Shown piece by piece: positions 9,282-22,423 of a stretch of 64,000 nt of DNA. The notes under the pieces were generated by a model. It had not been told where the DNA came from. It ran no database searches and worked only from the letters and a program-made list of their open reading frames with translations. The stretch spans positions 92,231 to 156,230 of the forward strand of contig CANQSV010000002.1 of the NCBI GenBank assembly GCA_947626605.1, written 5' to 3'. This stretch comes from an uncultured Clostridia bacterium. Its GTDB lineage: Bacteria; Bacillota; Clostridia; TANB77; CAG-508. How positions within the stretch are numbered: the first letter of the stretch is position 1; each line of letters begins with the position of its first letter. Made by a program: the position numbers and the translations under genes.

Positions 9282-10823
9282 TTATTTTGCATATTCTACA
9301 GTTCTAGACTCTCTAATAATATTAACTTTTATTTGACCTGGATATTCCATCTCAGCTTCGATTCTTTTTGCAATATCTCTAGCCATTATAGTCATTTGTG
9401 CATCAGACACTTTTTCTGGTTTTACAATTATACGAACTTCTCTACCTGCTTGAATTGCATATGATTTGTCCACTCCATCAAAAGAATCAGCTATTTCTTC
9501 TAATTGTTCTAGTCTTTTAATATAAGTTTCCAATGTTTCACGTCTTGCACCTGGTCTTGATGCTGATATTGCATCTGCTGCTTGAATTAAAACAGCTTCT
9601 AAAGTTTGTGGTTCAACATCTCCATGGTGAGCTTCAACTGCATTAATCACTAAAGGATTTTCTTTATATTTTTTTAATATGTCAACACCAATTTCAACAT
9701 GTGTTCCTTCCATATCATGGTCTAAAGCCTTTCCAATATCATGTAACAAGCCCGCTCTTCTTGCTCTTTTGGAATCTAATCCTAGTTCATCAGCCATTAT
9801 TCTAGCTAAATTAGAAACCTCTATAGAATGATTTAATACATTTTGACCATAACTTGTTCTATATTTTAGTTTTCCTATAAGCTTAACTAAATCTGGATTT
9901 AATCCTATAACACCTGTTTCTAAAACTGCTCTTTCACCTTCTGATTTGATAATTTCTTCTACCTCTTCTTTGGCTTTTTCAACCATTTCTTCAATTTTAG
10001 CTGGATGAATTCTTCCATCTTCAATTAATTTCTCTAAAGCTATTTTAGCTACTTCTCTTCTTAGAGGATCAAAACCAGATAAGATTACAGCTTCTGGAGT
10101 GTCATCTATAATTAAATCTATACCTGTTAATGTTTCTAAAGCCTTAATATTTCTACCTTCTCTACCTATAATTCTTCCTTTCATATCATCATTAGGAAGA
10201 GAAACTATTGATACCGTTGTTTCAGAAGTATGATCTGCTGCACATTTTTGAATTGCATATGTTAACAGCTCTTTTGCATTTTTGTTTGCCTCTTCTTTAT
10301 TCTTATTTTCTAATTCTCTTATTAAAGCTGCTTTTTCTGCTACAATTTCTTTTTCAATTTCGCCTAATAAGTATTTTTTTGCTTCTTCTTGAGTCAATCC
10401 AGATATTCTTTGTAATTCTTCAAATTGTTGATCTTTTATTTTTTCGATTTCAATTTCTTTTTGGTCTAATTCTTCTTGTTTTTTAATAACTTCATTTTCT
10501 TTTTGTAAAAAGTTTTCTGAACGTTTATCTAAATTTTCTTCTTTTTGAATTAACCTGTCTTCTTGTTTTTTTAGTTCGCCTCTTCTTTCTCTAATCTCTT
10601 GATCTAGCTCATTTCTAGATTGCATAATTTCTTCTTTTGCTTTAAAAATCTCTTCTTTCTTTTTATTTTCAGCATCTTTTTGGGCAAGTTCAATTAGTCT
10701 TTTTGCTTCATTTTCTGCACTTTCTATTTTGGATTCAGCGATTTTTTTTCTAAGAAATACACCAATTGGTATAAAAATCACTGCTGAGATTAGAAATGTG
10801 GCGATAATAACAACTGTGTCCAT
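9282..10823 (-). CDS. rny: Ribonuclease Y
   Basis: N-terminal TM segment, long coiled-coil, KH domain, HD domain (LLHDIGKA). 513 aa. Confidence 0.95.
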   Translation of the reverse strand: MDTVVIIATFLISAVIFIPIGVFLRKKIAESKIESAENEAKRLIELAQKDAENKKKEEIFKAKEEIMQSRNELDQEIRERRGELKKQEDRLIQKEENLDKRSENFLQKENEVIKKQEELDQKEIEIEKIKDQQFEELQRISGLTQEEAKKYLLGEIEKEIVAEKAALIRELENKNKEEANKNAKELLTYAIQKCAADHTSETTVSIVSLPNDDMKGRIIGREGRNIKALETLTGIDLIIDDTPEAVILSGFDPLRREVAKIALEKLIEDGRIHPAKIEEMVEKAKEEVEEIIKSEGERAVLETGVIGLNPDLVKLIGKLKYRTSYGQNVLNHSIEVSNLARIMADELGLDSKRARRAGLLHDIGKALDHDMEGTHVEIGVDILKKYKENPLVINAVEAHHGDVEPQTLEAVLIQAADAISASRPGARRETLETYIKRLEQLEEIADSFDGVDKSYAIQAGREVRIIVKPEKVSDAQMTIMARDIAKRIEAEMEYPGQIKVNIIRESRTVEYAK

Positions 10824-10909
10824 TATTAATCTACCTCTTTTCTATTTAATTTTCAATGTTCGATAATATATATAACTAACTTTTAGAATATATTTTAACT
10901 TACCATATC

Positions 10910-10938
10910 ATTTTATATTGATTACTGTAAACTGTCAA
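10910..10938 (-). promoter_or_regulatory. Sigma-A-type promoter for rny
   Basis: On the minus strand: TTGACA, 17 nt, TAAAAT. Confidence 0.55.
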
Positions 10939-10995
10939 GTACTTTTTATTTCAAATTTTTGTATATTAGTCAGTAATGTGAAACAAATTAATATT

Positions 10996-12354
10996 TTATT
11001 CATGCAACTTACTACTTGCATAGCCTTCTTCTATAGCTTTGTTGCAATCATCTTCTATTAGTTTAGCAATTTCTTCTGGTGTTTTTTCTCCTGCTAATAA
11101 TTGTTTTATGTCTTTATAGAATACTGCTCTTACCTTTCTCCACTCAGGTGTATTTCCTGTAAAATTCCAGCCTTGCTCACTATTATCAATATATTTCTGT
11201 TCTTCCTCTAATTCTTTAGCAAATCTTGTAGCTACCGCTTTACTACATGGTATTGCACCAGCAGAGTAATCTAATAAATCATCTGTTTCGTAAATATATT
11301 TTATAAAATCTTTTGCTATTTTTAATTTTTCTTCGTTTCCATTATCAAATACTTCAAATCCTGTAAGGAAATTAGTATTAAACCCTTTTCCGTCTACAGA
11401 TGGAAAATTTACATTTCCATAATTCACACCACTTTTTTCAAGTGTATCATTTAATACTGAATTATTTATATATATTGCCAACTGACCATTCATAAACAAA
11501 TCATAACAGTCATTTATTTCTATATTTGTTGCATTTGCAGGGAAATAACCTTTTTCATTACAATCCATAAGCCATTTTACTGCTGCTATTCCTTCTGGTG
11601 TTGTTATTTTAACTCTTCCATTTTCATCAAAGAATGTGCTTCCTCTACTACGAAGAAGAGTAATAACATGTGTATCTCCCATTTCGTTTTTAGCATACAT
11701 TAACATTGGATATATATTTTCTGGTAATTTTTTTTGCAAAGTTGATAAGATTATATCCCAATCTTCTAGTGACCAATTTTGAACAACATCTTCATCTGTT
11801 ACATATTTTTCTAATCCCACTTCTTTAAATAGATCTTTATTATAGCATAATGTATTTTGCATACCTAAGTATGGCATCATATATGTTTTTTCGTTTAATT
11901 TACTAACATCCCAATAATTATTATCGATATCATTTCTTATATCTTCTGTAATGATATCATCTAAAGGAACAACTTTTCCTGTATGCACATAAGTTGACAT
12001 ATTAAAATATTCTTCGTATAAAACATCTGCTGCTTCATTAGTATCAAAACATCCTATTATTTGATTATCTTCTTCATCTTTCTCAAATTCTATTACATCT
12101 ACCTTAACATTTGCGTCTTTATACTGTTCTTCAAAATTATCTGCCAATTTTTTTACCAAATCATATGCTGATTTTACATTACTATCTTTATAAGATGATG
12201 TTTGTAATACAGGTACTTTAATCGTTAATTTGATTTCTTCTTTCTGATCTTCGCTGTTTTGATTATTTTTCTTTCCTAAAAAATTTACTCCTATTCCTAC
12301 TATTACTATTAATAATACTGCTACCATTAAAATAATACTCTTTTTTTTCTTCAT
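10996..12354 (-). CDS. Extracellular solute-binding protein (ABC family-1, sugar-type), TM-anchored, with no cognate permease or ATPase genes nearby
   Basis: 452 aa with an N-terminal hydrophobic anchor and no lipobox Cys. Composition and length are typical of a sugar SBP. AGGAGG RBS. Confidence 0.7.
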   Translation of the reverse strand: MKKKKSIILMVAVLLIVIVGIGVNFLGKKNNQNSEDQKEEIKLTIKVPVLQTSSYKDSNVKSAYDLVKKLADNFEEQYKDANVKVDVIEFEKDEEDNQIIGCFDTNEAADVLYEEYFNMSTYVHTGKVVPLDDIITEDIRNDIDNNYWDVSKLNEKTYMMPYLGMQNTLCYNKDLFKEVGLEKYVTDEDVVQNWSLEDWDIILSTLQKKLPENIYPMLMYAKNEMGDTHVITLLRSRGSTFFDENGRVKITTPEGIAAVKWLMDCNEKGYFPANATNIEINDCYDLFMNGQLAIYINNSVLNDTLEKSGVNYGNVNFPSVDGKGFNTNFLTGFEVFDNGNEEKLKIAKDFIKYIYETDDLLDYSAGAIPCSKAVATRFAKELEEEQKYIDNSEQGWNFTGNTPEWRKVRAVFYKDIKQLLAGEKTPEEIAKLIEDDCNKAIEEGYASSKLHE

Positions 12355-12429
12355 ATTATCCTCCTCATAAATTTATAAACTTGCTTAAAAATTTACATTA
12401 TGTATTAGTATATTTATAGTTATATAATT

Positions 12430-15057
12430 TTAATTTAAAATATCTTTTAGTGCTTGTATTAATTTTGGAATATCAATTGGTTTTGCTAAATGTCCATCCA
12501 TACCTGCTTCCTTAGCAGCTTTTTTGTCTTCTTCAAAAGCATTTGCTGTCATGGCTAAAATAGGAATATTAGCAATTTGCTTATTTTTAAAGTTACGAAT
12601 AGTTTTTGCTGCTTCATATCCATTCATAATTGGCATTTGAATATCCATTAAAACTAAATCAAAATATCCTGGTTCAGCCTTTTCTAGAATATCACAAGCT
12701 TCTTTTCCATTTTCTGCATTTTCTACTTTAAAGCCAAAATCTTGTAAATACTCTGTAGCAATTTCTCTATTCATCATATTATCTTCTACTAGTAAAATCC
12801 TTTTTCCACTAAAATCAACTTTTTCTTCTTCCTTTTTTTGCTTCTCAACTCCTACAGCTTTTAATAGGATTCTCCTTAAGTCTGAAGGGAATAATGGTTT
12901 ATTAACAAATTCTGTAACTCCTGCTTCTCTTGCTTCTTTCTCAATTTCTCCCCAATCATATGCTGAAAGCAAAATTATTATTGCATCTTTTCCTACAACC
13001 TTTCGAATTTGCCTTGTAGTTTCAATACCATTCATATCAGGCATTAGCCAATCCACTATATATATATGATATTGTTCTTGAATTTGCTTTGCTTCCTTTA
13101 CACGTGCTATTGCTTCTTTTCCGTGCATTGTCCATTCAGGCTTTAATCCTAATTGTCTTAACATATGTGCAATACTTTGACAAGAATTCATATCATCATC
13201 AATAACTAAAGCATTCACACCTTTTAGAATTTCTATCTCTTCTATTTTTTTATGCTCTTCTTGTAGTTTAAATTGTAGAGTAACAATAAACTCAGTTCCT
13301 TTTCCGACTTCGCTTTCTACTTCAATTGTTCCTCCCATCATATCTACAATGTTTTTAGTAATAGCCATTCCTAAGCCTGTTCCTTGAATACCACTTACTG
13401 TTGAAGTACGTTCTCTAGCAAATGGCTCAAAAATTTCTTTCATAAATTCTTTACTAATTCCAATTCCTGTATCCCTTATTCTAAATTCATAAGTTCCATA
13501 GCCTTTTTTCTTTACAGGTTTTTCTGTTATGCGCACAGCTATTTGTCCACCTGGTTCAGTAAATTTAATCGAATTTGATAGAAGATTAATTAATATTTGA
13601 TTTAATCTCAATTTATCACAGTAAATGTTCTCATCTATTACATCTACTGTATCAATAATAAATTCTAGCTGATTTGCATTTATATCTGCTTGTATAATAT
13701 TTCTAATACTATGAAGTATATCTGCAAGGTTTTCTTCTTTTTCATTTATACTTACCTTACCTGATTCAATTCTACTCATATCTAATACATCATTTATTAA
13801 TGATAGCAAATGATTTGATGATTGTGTTATTTTCTCTAAATATCCCTCTACACTTGATTTGTTATCTATATGCATTTTGGCTAATGATGTGAAACCTATA
13901 ATAGCATTCATGGGTGTACGAATATCATGTGACATGTTATTTAAGAATGTTGTTTTTGCTCGGTTTGCCTGTTCTGCCATAGCTAATGCTGATTCTAATT
14001 CGCCTTTATGTTTAGCTTCAAATTTCATTATATTTTTTTGTGAACTATTTTTATAAACTAATATATAAACTATTCCTATAGTTATTAATACTACAAAGAT
14101 TAAGATTGTTAATATCGTTAACATTTCTCTACTTTGTCCTATATATATAGAAATTGGTAGAGTCATTACACAATACCAGTCTACATCTGTCATTGGTGTA
14201 CAAACCATTATTCTATCTTGTCCATCTAATTTATATTTTAAAGAGAAACTTTCCCTATTCTCCATTTTCTTTTTTACATCATCTACATTAACTGGTTCTT
14301 CACATTCTTCTCTGCTTATTACCTCAAAAAAATTATCCTTGTCAGATACCTGATTAGTTTTATATACAGATATTATGTAAAAGCCGTCTATGTCTACAAC
14401 ACTACTATATCCTTGTCCATTATAACTTTGAATTTTTAGTTCGTCTGTTAAATCTCCAATATTGTAATTTGCTATTGCATATACAATATTGTCTTTTCCT
14501 ATTTTTATTGGATCAATCTTTATACCAATTTGCAACACTTCTCTACGTGCATCTACAGCAATATTGTCACTAGTATCTTTCCTTCTTGCAAATTTATCCT
14601 TTGAATTTTTTAATATTTCTAACAGTTCTGGATCATCTTTTATAGTATATGTACTGCTAAATGTTTTTCCTTTATCAGTTACTAATAATAATTCTTTACA
14701 TTCTTCTATTTCTGCTTCAATATTCAATTCTTCTAACATTTCTTGAACATCTTTAGCCTTATTTTTTCTTATCCTATTTGCTATTCCATCTAAGTTTTTC
14801 CATCTATGCTCTAATCCAGATACAATTGATTTTTCATCATGTTTTGATAATTCTGTCATATTTTTGATTGATCTTGCACTAATTTCATCTGTAATAAGAG
14901 ATGAAAATAGACGATAAGCATAATAAATGGTAATTACCATAATTATGATTACTATAAATATCATAAAATCATTTCTTTTTACTTTTTTTGACTTATCCTT
15001 TATGGATTTATCCATTTGTGCTATTCTACTATTTTTTTCTTTACCATTTATTTTCAA
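12430..15057 (-). CDS. Hybrid sensor histidine kinase (two TM segments flanking a Cache-like extracellular domain, HisKA, HATPase_c, two receiver domains)
   Basis: H-box SHDIRTPMNAIIGF, G-box GTGLGMAI. REC1 (VIDDD..DWLMPDMNG) and REC2 (LLVEDN..LMDIQMPIMNG..K). TTG start with a GGGGAA RBS. Confidence 0.85.
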   Translation of the reverse strand: MKINGKEKNSRIAQMDKSIKDKSKKVKRNDFMIFIVIIIMVITIYYAYRLFSSLITDEISARSIKNMTELSKHDEKSIVSGLEHRWKNLDGIANRIRKNKAKDVQEMLEELNIEAEIEECKELLLVTDKGKTFSSTYTIKDDPELLEILKNSKDKFARRKDTSDNIAVDARREVLQIGIKIDPIKIGKDNIVYAIANYNIGDLTDELKIQSYNGQGYSSVVDIDGFYIISVYKTNQVSDKDNFFEVISREECEEPVNVDDVKKKMENRESFSLKYKLDGQDRIMVCTPMTDVDWYCVMTLPISIYIGQSREMLTILTILIFVVLITIGIVYILVYKNSSQKNIMKFEAKHKGELESALAMAEQANRAKTTFLNNMSHDIRTPMNAIIGFTSLAKMHIDNKSSVEGYLEKITQSSNHLLSLINDVLDMSRIESGKVSINEKEENLADILHSIRNIIQADINANQLEFIIDTVDVIDENIYCDKLRLNQILINLLSNSIKFTEPGGQIAVRITEKPVKKKGYGTYEFRIRDTGIGISKEFMKEIFEPFARERTSTVSGIQGTGLGMAITKNIVDMMGGTIEVESEVGKGTEFIVTLQFKLQEEHKKIEEIEILKGVNALVIDDDMNSCQSIAHMLRQLGLKPEWTMHGKEAIARVKEAKQIQEQYHIYIVDWLMPDMNGIETTRQIRKVVGKDAIIILLSAYDWGEIEKEAREAGVTEFVNKPLFPSDLRRILLKAVGVEKQKKEEEKVDFSGKRILLVEDNMMNREIATEYLQDFGFKVENAENGKEACDILEKAEPGYFDLVLMDIQMPIMNGYEAAKTIRNFKNKQIANIPILAMTANAFEEDKKAAKEAGMDGHLAKPIDIPKLIQALKDILN

Positions 15058-15287
15058 TCTTAATTTCCCCTTTTTTACTTTTGTAGTATTTTACTTATTG
15101 TTTTTATAATATCACAACATATATTTCATTGTAAATATAAAAGCAAATAAAAAGAATTAATATTATGTATAAGTGTCAATGATGTGAAACAATATACAAG
15201 TACTTTTTATTTTAAGTTTTTCTTTTATTTTGTTGCACAAACATTGAAAGCAATAAAATATTAATTAATATCTTATTGCTTTTATTT

Positions 15288-16592
15288 TTACTTTTTAATT
15301 TTTGCTATTAAATCATAACCTTTACTATCTATAATTCTCACAGTTACAAACTTATCTAAACAATTTTCTCTATCTTTTTCAATATATATAACTCCATCTA
15401 TATCTGGTACTTCATTCATACTTCTTCCAATGTAAAATTTTCCATCAAAACTTTCATTTTCAATTAATACTTCTAGTTCTTTTCCTATTTGTTTCTCTGC
15501 ATTTGCTTCTGAAATTTCTTGTTGCAATTTCATTATTTTATTATATCTTTTCTTTTTAGTCATATGATGTATTTGATTATTTAATTTTTCTGCTGGAGTT
15601 CCATCCTCTTTTGAATATGCAAATGCACCTAACCTATCAAATTTAGTTTCTTCCACAAATTTATATAACTTTTCAAAGTCATCTTCTGTTTCACCTGGAA
15701 AACCTACCATTACAGTTGTTCTTATGATCACTTCTGGTATTTCTTTTCTAATCTTGGCTATTATATTTTTTATGTCTTGTCCTTTACTTTTTCTATTCAT
15801 TCTTTTTAAAACTGAATCTGAAATATGTTGAATTGGTATATCAAAGTATTTACATATATTGTCATTTTCTTTAACCACTCTAATTAGTTCATCTGTAATA
15901 GATTCTGGGTATGTATATAAAAATCTAATCCATTTAAATTCTTTTATTTTTGCTAATTTTTCCAACAATTCTGCTAATTTAGATTCTCCATATAAATCTA
16001 TTCCGTATTTACTTGTATCTTGTGCTATTAATATTAATTCCTTATATCCTTTTTTAGCTAGTTTTTCTGCTTCTTCTATTATACCTTCTATCTTTCTACT
16101 AACAAAATTCCCTCTTATATATGGAATTGCACAATATGTACATCTGTTACTACATCCCTCTGCAATTCTTAAATATGCAAAATTTTTTCCTGTAGTAATT
16201 GTTCTATCTTCAAACTTTAATTTAGTATCATTTTCCTTATTTTTTCCTATTAACTCTTCTATTTGCTCCCAAATCGTATCATATTCTTTATATTTTATAA
16301 ATAAGTCTACTTCTGGTAATAGTTCTTGTAATTCCTCTTTATACCTTTGCACTAAACATCCCATAGCAATTAAATATTTGCATCTTTTTTTCTTGTATTC
16401 TGCCATTTCTAAAATTGTATCTATTGCTTCTTGTTTTGCTGACTCTATAAAACCACATGTATTTATAATAATTATATCCGCTTCATTTGGATTATTAACT
16501 ACATTATAATTATTCTTTTTGAATAACCCAATAGTCATTTCAGTGTCTACTAAATTTTTACTACAACCTAATGATATAAATCCTACATTCAT
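15288..16592 (-). CDS. rimO: Ribosomal protein S12 methylthiotransferase
   Basis: N-terminus MNVGFISLGCSKNLVDTE, radical-SAM CSNRCTYC, C-terminal TRAM domain. I prefer the ATG at 16592 (AGAGG RBS 8 nt upstream) over the listed TTG at 16610. Confidence 0.85.
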   Translation of the reverse strand: MNVGFISLGCSKNLVDTEMTIGLFKKNNYNVVNNPNEADIIIINTCGFIESAKQEAIDTILEMAEYKKKRCKYLIAMGCLVQRYKEELQELLPEVDLFIKYKEYDTIWEQIEELIGKNKENDTKLKFEDRTITTGKNFAYLRIAEGCSNRCTYCAIPYIRGNFVSRKIEGIIEEAEKLAKKGYKELILIAQDTSKYGIDLYGESKLAELLEKLAKIKEFKWIRFLYTYPESITDELIRVVKENDNICKYFDIPIQHISDSVLKRMNRKSKGQDIKNIIAKIRKEIPEVIIRTTVMVGFPGETEDDFEKLYKFVEETKFDRLGAFAYSKEDGTPAEKLNNQIHHMTKKKRYNKIMKLQQEISEANAEKQIGKELEVLIENESFDGKFYIGRSMNEVPDIDGVIYIEKDRENCLDKFVTVRIIDSKGYDLIAKIKK

Positions 16593-16710
16593 TTTTTCAA
16601 CCTCTTTCAATTTATAACCTATTATTTATATCATATTTTTTACTTTTTGTAAAGTAAAAGGTCGAATAACAAGTATTCGACCTTTATTTATAAAATTTGG
16701 ATGTCAATAT

Positions 16711-17409
16711 CTATCTCTTTTTATTTTTAGCTTCAGCTTTATCAATCTCTTTTTTTTCATTTTTCCTCATTTCATCTTTTTTCACTTCTCGTGCTCTCAT
16801 TCTATCCATTAAGTCTGCTGTCCACATATATCCTGTTAATCTATGATATAACATTACTCTTGATAAATCTCCCCAATTAAATCCATACATATATCGACCA
16901 TCAATATCATGTTCTACACCCTTTTTGTATATTTTTTCTCCTTCTTGTTCTGCATATAATCTTAAATATCTATCTATAACAGCTGAAGTAAGTTGCTCAC
17001 TAATACCAAATTGAGTTGCAATTTCTTTCCTCATTCTTAGAAATTCTTTTTGTATATTTGATATTTTTTTACCTACTCTATCTAAATATCCAGGAATTTC
17101 ATTCCAAAACTGTTTACCTAAATTTTTTATAAATTCTTCTGGTAATTCAGCTGCTTTTTTTACCATGCTTGGAGTAATATCTGGCTTTTTGGAATATTTA
17201 CATACTCCAGTTTCTTCGTCTCTTTCTATTCTTGTTTGAGAAAATAAATTTAACACTTGCTCTATTGCTTTTTTATATGCATCTATCAATATTCTTTCCT
17301 TTTCACTATATGTTTTTCTTTCTTCTATCTTTTTCGGCTTTTTTTCTTCTTCTTTTCTTCTTTGCTCTTTTCTCTCTTCAAACACATCCATATAAAAACA
17401 CATCTCCAT
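16711..17409 (-). CDS. Hypothetical protein with Lys/Glu-rich termini
   Basis: 232-aa ORF between dnaJ and rimO. No motif recognised and the start is uncertain. Confidence 0.5.
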   Translation of the reverse strand: MEMCFYMDVFEERKEQRRKEEEKKPKKIEERKTYSEKERILIDAYKKAIEQVLNLFSQTRIERDEETGVCKYSKKPDITPSMVKKAAELPEEFIKNLGKQFWNEIPGYLDRVGKKISNIQKEFLRMRKEIATQFGISEQLTSAVIDRYLRLYAEQEGEKIYKKGVEHDIDGRYMYGFNWGDLSRVMLYHRLTGYMWTADLMDRMRAREVKKDEMRKNEKKEIDKAEAKNKKR

Positions 17410-17494
17410 ATAATTTATACATCTTAGTTTGAATTATACTATATTTTAAGTATATAATCAAATACAGCCTTAATAAGGCTGTATTAATTATTGT

Positions 17495-18628
17495 TTATCC
17501 AAATATTCCTCTCTTTTTAACTGGTGGTTGTTCATTCATTGTTTTCGCTAATTCAACTAACAAATCTCTTTGTTCTTTTGTTAATTTTTTAGGAGTTTGA
17601 ACTACAACAGAGAATATTAAATCTCCTTGATAGTTAGAATTTATTGCTTTGAAACCTTTTCCTCTCACTCTAAATTTAGTTCCAGTTTGAGTTCCTTCTG
17701 GTATTTTAAATTTTTCTTTTTTTCCGTCTACCATTGGTACTTCTATATCTGCTCCTAAAGTTGCCTGTGTGAAACTTACAGGTATTTCACAAAATACATT
17801 ATTATCTTGTCTTTCATATAAATGATGTCTTTTTATATGTGCATTTATATATAGGTCTCCTTTTGGTCCACCATTAGAGCCTGCAGCACCTTCTCCTCTT
17901 AGTACTACTGTTTGCCCATCTGCAATACCTGCTGGTATATTAACTTTTACTTTCACATGCTTTTTTTCTTTTCCTTTTCCATTACAAGCATCACATGGTT
18001 CTTTTATTATTTTACCTTCGCCATGGCAAGCAGTACATGTTCTATATGTAGTAAAGAAACCTCCTTGAGTTTGCTTTATTTTTCCTGTTCCACCACAAGT
18101 TTTACAAGTTTCTACACTAGTTCCTGCTTTAGCTCCTGTTCCACCACATTTTCCACAATTTTCTAATCTTGATATAGAAATTTCTTTTTCAACACCCATA
18201 AATGATTCTTCAAAAGTTAACTCCATATCATACCTTAGGTCAGCACCTTTTATTGGTCCATTATTAGCTCTTGCTGATCTAGCACCAAATCCACTAAAAC
18301 CTCCTCCAAAGAAAGAGGAAAATATATCTCCTAAATCACCCATATCAAAATCACTTGTTGTGTATGAATAATATCCGTTTTGTCCTCCTCCGAAGCCTGA
18401 TGGTCCATCATGTCCAAATTGATCATACATTCTTCTCTTTTGTGGATCCGATAAGTTTTCATATGCTTCATTTACTTCTTTAAATTTTGCTTCTGCTTCT
18501 TTCTTATTGTCTGGATTAGCATCTGGATGATACTTTTTAGCTAATTTTCTATATGCTTTTTTTAGTTCTTCATCTGTTGCATTTTTATTTACACCTAACA
18601 CTTCATAGTAATCTCTTTTATCTGACAT
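17495..18628 (-). CDS. dnaJ: Molecular chaperone DnaJ
   Basis: J-domain with HPD, G/F-rich linker, four CxxCxGxG zinc motifs. ATG at 18628 follows GGAGG; the listed GVG... correction: the listed GTG at 18640 lies inside that RBS. Confidence 0.95.
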   Translation of the reverse strand: MSDKRDYYEVLGVNKNATDEELKKAYRKLAKKYHPDANPDNKKEAEAKFKEVNEAYENLSDPQKRRMYDQFGHDGPSGFGGGQNGYYSYTTSDFDMGDLGDIFSSFFGGGFSGFGARSARANNGPIKGADLRYDMELTFEESFMGVEKEISISRLENCGKCGGTGAKAGTSVETCKTCGGTGKIKQTQGGFFTTYRTCTACHGEGKIIKEPCDACNGKGKEKKHVKVKVNIPAGIADGQTVVLRGEGAAGSNGGPKGDLYINAHIKRHHLYERQDNNVFCEIPVSFTQATLGADIEVPMVDGKKEKFKIPEGTQTGTKFRVRGKGFKAINSNYQGDLIFSVVVQTPKKLTKEQRDLLVELAKTMNEQPPVKKRGIFG

Positions 18629-18765
18629 TTTTTCCTCCACAGATTTTATTTGCTATAAAGCTATCTATTTCATATACACATTTATAAAATAGATTTACTT
18701 GTATGCAAAAAAATGTTATACGGGCGATTAATAATCGCCCTTACAATTTTTATTTTTCTATATTT

Positions 18766-20628
<1,863 letters not shown>

Positions 20629-20703
20629 CTATATATTTAAATTTTTATTTATTCTCTTTTGTAAAATAATTTATATTAAATTAATTTTGAATTAATTTAC
20701 TTA

Positions 20704-21234
20704 TTAGTTTGCTACTACTACCATTGCATGTCTTAAAATTCTATCTTTATATTTATATCCAGCTCTATATTCTTGTGTTATTTCTTGTTCTCCCAAGTTT
20801 TCATCTTGTACAGAACTAACGGCTTCATGATATTCTGGATTAAATGTTTTTCCTACTGTTTCTATTTTTTCAACACCTAGAGAAGTTAACACATCATTAA
20901 ATTGCTTTCCAACCATTAAAACTCCTTGTTTATAATTTTCATCAGCTGTTTCTACATTCATTGCTTTTTCTAAGTTATCAATAACTGGCAAAAATGAAGT
21001 AACTATATCTCCTACTAAAGAACTATATAGCATTTCTCTTTCTTTATTACTTCTTTTTTTGAAATTATCAAATTCTGCCATTAACCTTTTTAACCTATCA
21101 GTTGTTTCCTCAAGTTCTTTTTTTGTTTCTGTAGAAGAATCCTCTACTTTTAAACTTTCTTTGAATTCCTTTTTTTCTTCTTTTTCCTCAACTTGCACTT
21201 CTTCATTGTTTTCTACTTTTTCTTTTTCTTTCAT
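20704..21234 (-). CDS. grpE: Nucleotide exchange factor GrpE
   Basis: Operon position and the motif RLMAEFDNFKKR. Confidence 0.9.
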   Translation of the reverse strand: MKEKEKVENNEEVQVEEKEEKKEFKESLKVEDSSTETKKELEETTDRLKRLMAEFDNFKKRSNKEREMLYSSLVGDIVTSFLPVIDNLEKAMNVETADENYKQGVLMVGKQFNDVLTSLGVEKIETVGKTFNPEYHEAVSSVQDENLGEQEITQEYRAGYKYKDRILRHAMVVVAN

Positions 21235-21401
21235 ATATCATCTTCCTTTTATTTTATATTTCTTTATTTTTAATAGTTTAGAAAAGAATTTGTATTTTGG
21301 CTAGGAAACTTTTATAAAAAAGGCAAGGGCGCATACTCTTTGTATGTAACCGCGTTTTTTATGAAAGTTGACAACGCCAAAATTAAATTATTTTCTAAAC
21401 A

Positions 21402-22406
21402 CTATAATTCTTTCATTTTTTTATTAATATACTTCATCACTGAAATTACTTTAGAATAATCCATTCTTTTAGGGCCTATTATTCCTATCGTTCCAAGTTT
21501 TTTATTTCCAATTTTATGATTAAAAGTAATAACACTAAAGTCTTTTAAGCCTTCATATTCATTTTCATCACCAATATAAACATTAATATCTTCAGCCATT
21601 CCTGTATTTAACATTTCCATCATTACAGCTTTTTCGTCTAAAATGTTTATAAAATTTTTAGCAATTTCTAAGCTTTTAAATTCTGGTAAATCAAAGGACT
21701 TATTGGCTCCTTCTAAATATAATTCTTCACCATTTCCTATTGCTTTGTTAAATTGTTCTATTACAGGTTTTATTACATTTAAACTTTGATTCATTTCTGA
21801 AAAAATATAATCTTCCATTGGCTTATCTATTTTTGTTAGTGGTTTTCCCTTCAATTTGCTATTGAATATCAAATTTAAAGTTTGTACTTGTGATTCCATT
21901 ATATCTTCATCAAATTTTATAATCGTTTCTTTTATTATTCCTGTTTCGGTTAATACTATTGCCATTAACATTCTATTGCCTAGCAAAACAAATTTTATTT
22001 CCTCAATAATTTGCTCTTCTGAACTTGGTCCTATACTAACTGTTGTGTAATGTGTTATCTCTGATAAAGTATTAGTAGCAATTTTAGTTAAATCTTCTAT
22101 TTGTGTTACTTTTGTTTCTAATTTTGACTGTATATATTTAATTTCGTCTAAACTTATATTGTCTTCTTTTAGCAATTCATCTACATAGAATCTATACCCT
22201 TTAGCAGAAGGTACTCTTCCAGCTGAAGTATGCGGTTTTTCTAAATATCCTAGATGTTCTAATTCTGACATTTCATTTCTAACTGTTGCACTACTAAAAT
22301 TAAATCCATATTTAGTTACTATTGTCCCTGAACTAACTGGCTCAGCTGTATTAATATATTCTTCAATAATTGCTTGTAATATCTGTTTTTTCCTTTCATC
22401 TAGCAT
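21402..22406 (-). CDS. hrcA: Heat-inducible transcription repressor HrcA
   Basis: Winged-helix N-terminus with ELEHLGYLEKPHTSAGRVP. It is the first gene of the dnaK operon. Confidence 0.93.
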   Translation of the reverse strand: MLDERKKQILQAIIEEYINTAEPVSSGTIVTKYGFNFSSATVRNEMSELEHLGYLEKPHTSAGRVPSAKGYRFYVDELLKEDNISLDEIKYIQSKLETKVTQIEDLTKIATNTLSEITHYTTVSIGPSSEEQIIEEIKFVLLGNRMLMAIVLTETGIIKETIIKFDEDIMESQVQTLNLIFNSKLKGKPLTKIDKPMEDYIFSEMNQSLNVIKPVIEQFNKAIGNGEELYLEGANKSFDLPEFKSLEIAKNFINILDEKAVMMEMLNTGMAEDINVYIGDENEYEGLKDFSVITFNHKIGNKKLGTIGIIGPKRMDYSKVISVMKYINKKMKEL

Positions 22407-22423
22407 ATTTTATCACTCCATTT

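Noticed and set aside
15186-15199. TGAAACAATATACA upstream of the hybrid kinase, considered as a catabolite-responsive element (cre).
   Set aside because: It matches only the TG..CA ends of the cre consensus and lacks the central CG.
18727-18760. The sequence after the dnaK terminator (gggcgattaataatcgccc ttacaattttt), considered as a seventh copy of the ATATTGTAG motif.
   Set aside because: It shares only TACAAT and has the wrong orientation relative to the T-run, so I did not count it.
21310-21395. A GC-rich island (aggcaagggcgcatactctttgtatgtaaccgcg) between hrcA and grpE, considered as a second CIRCE, a thermosensor or an sRNA.
   Set aside because: It has no CIRCE half-sites. Only a modest hairpin (gcg..catac-aaaga-gtatg..cgc) is present, followed by T6 at a distance. 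It is most simply an internal attenuator or processing hairpin of the dnaK operon, and the evidence is too weak to call.
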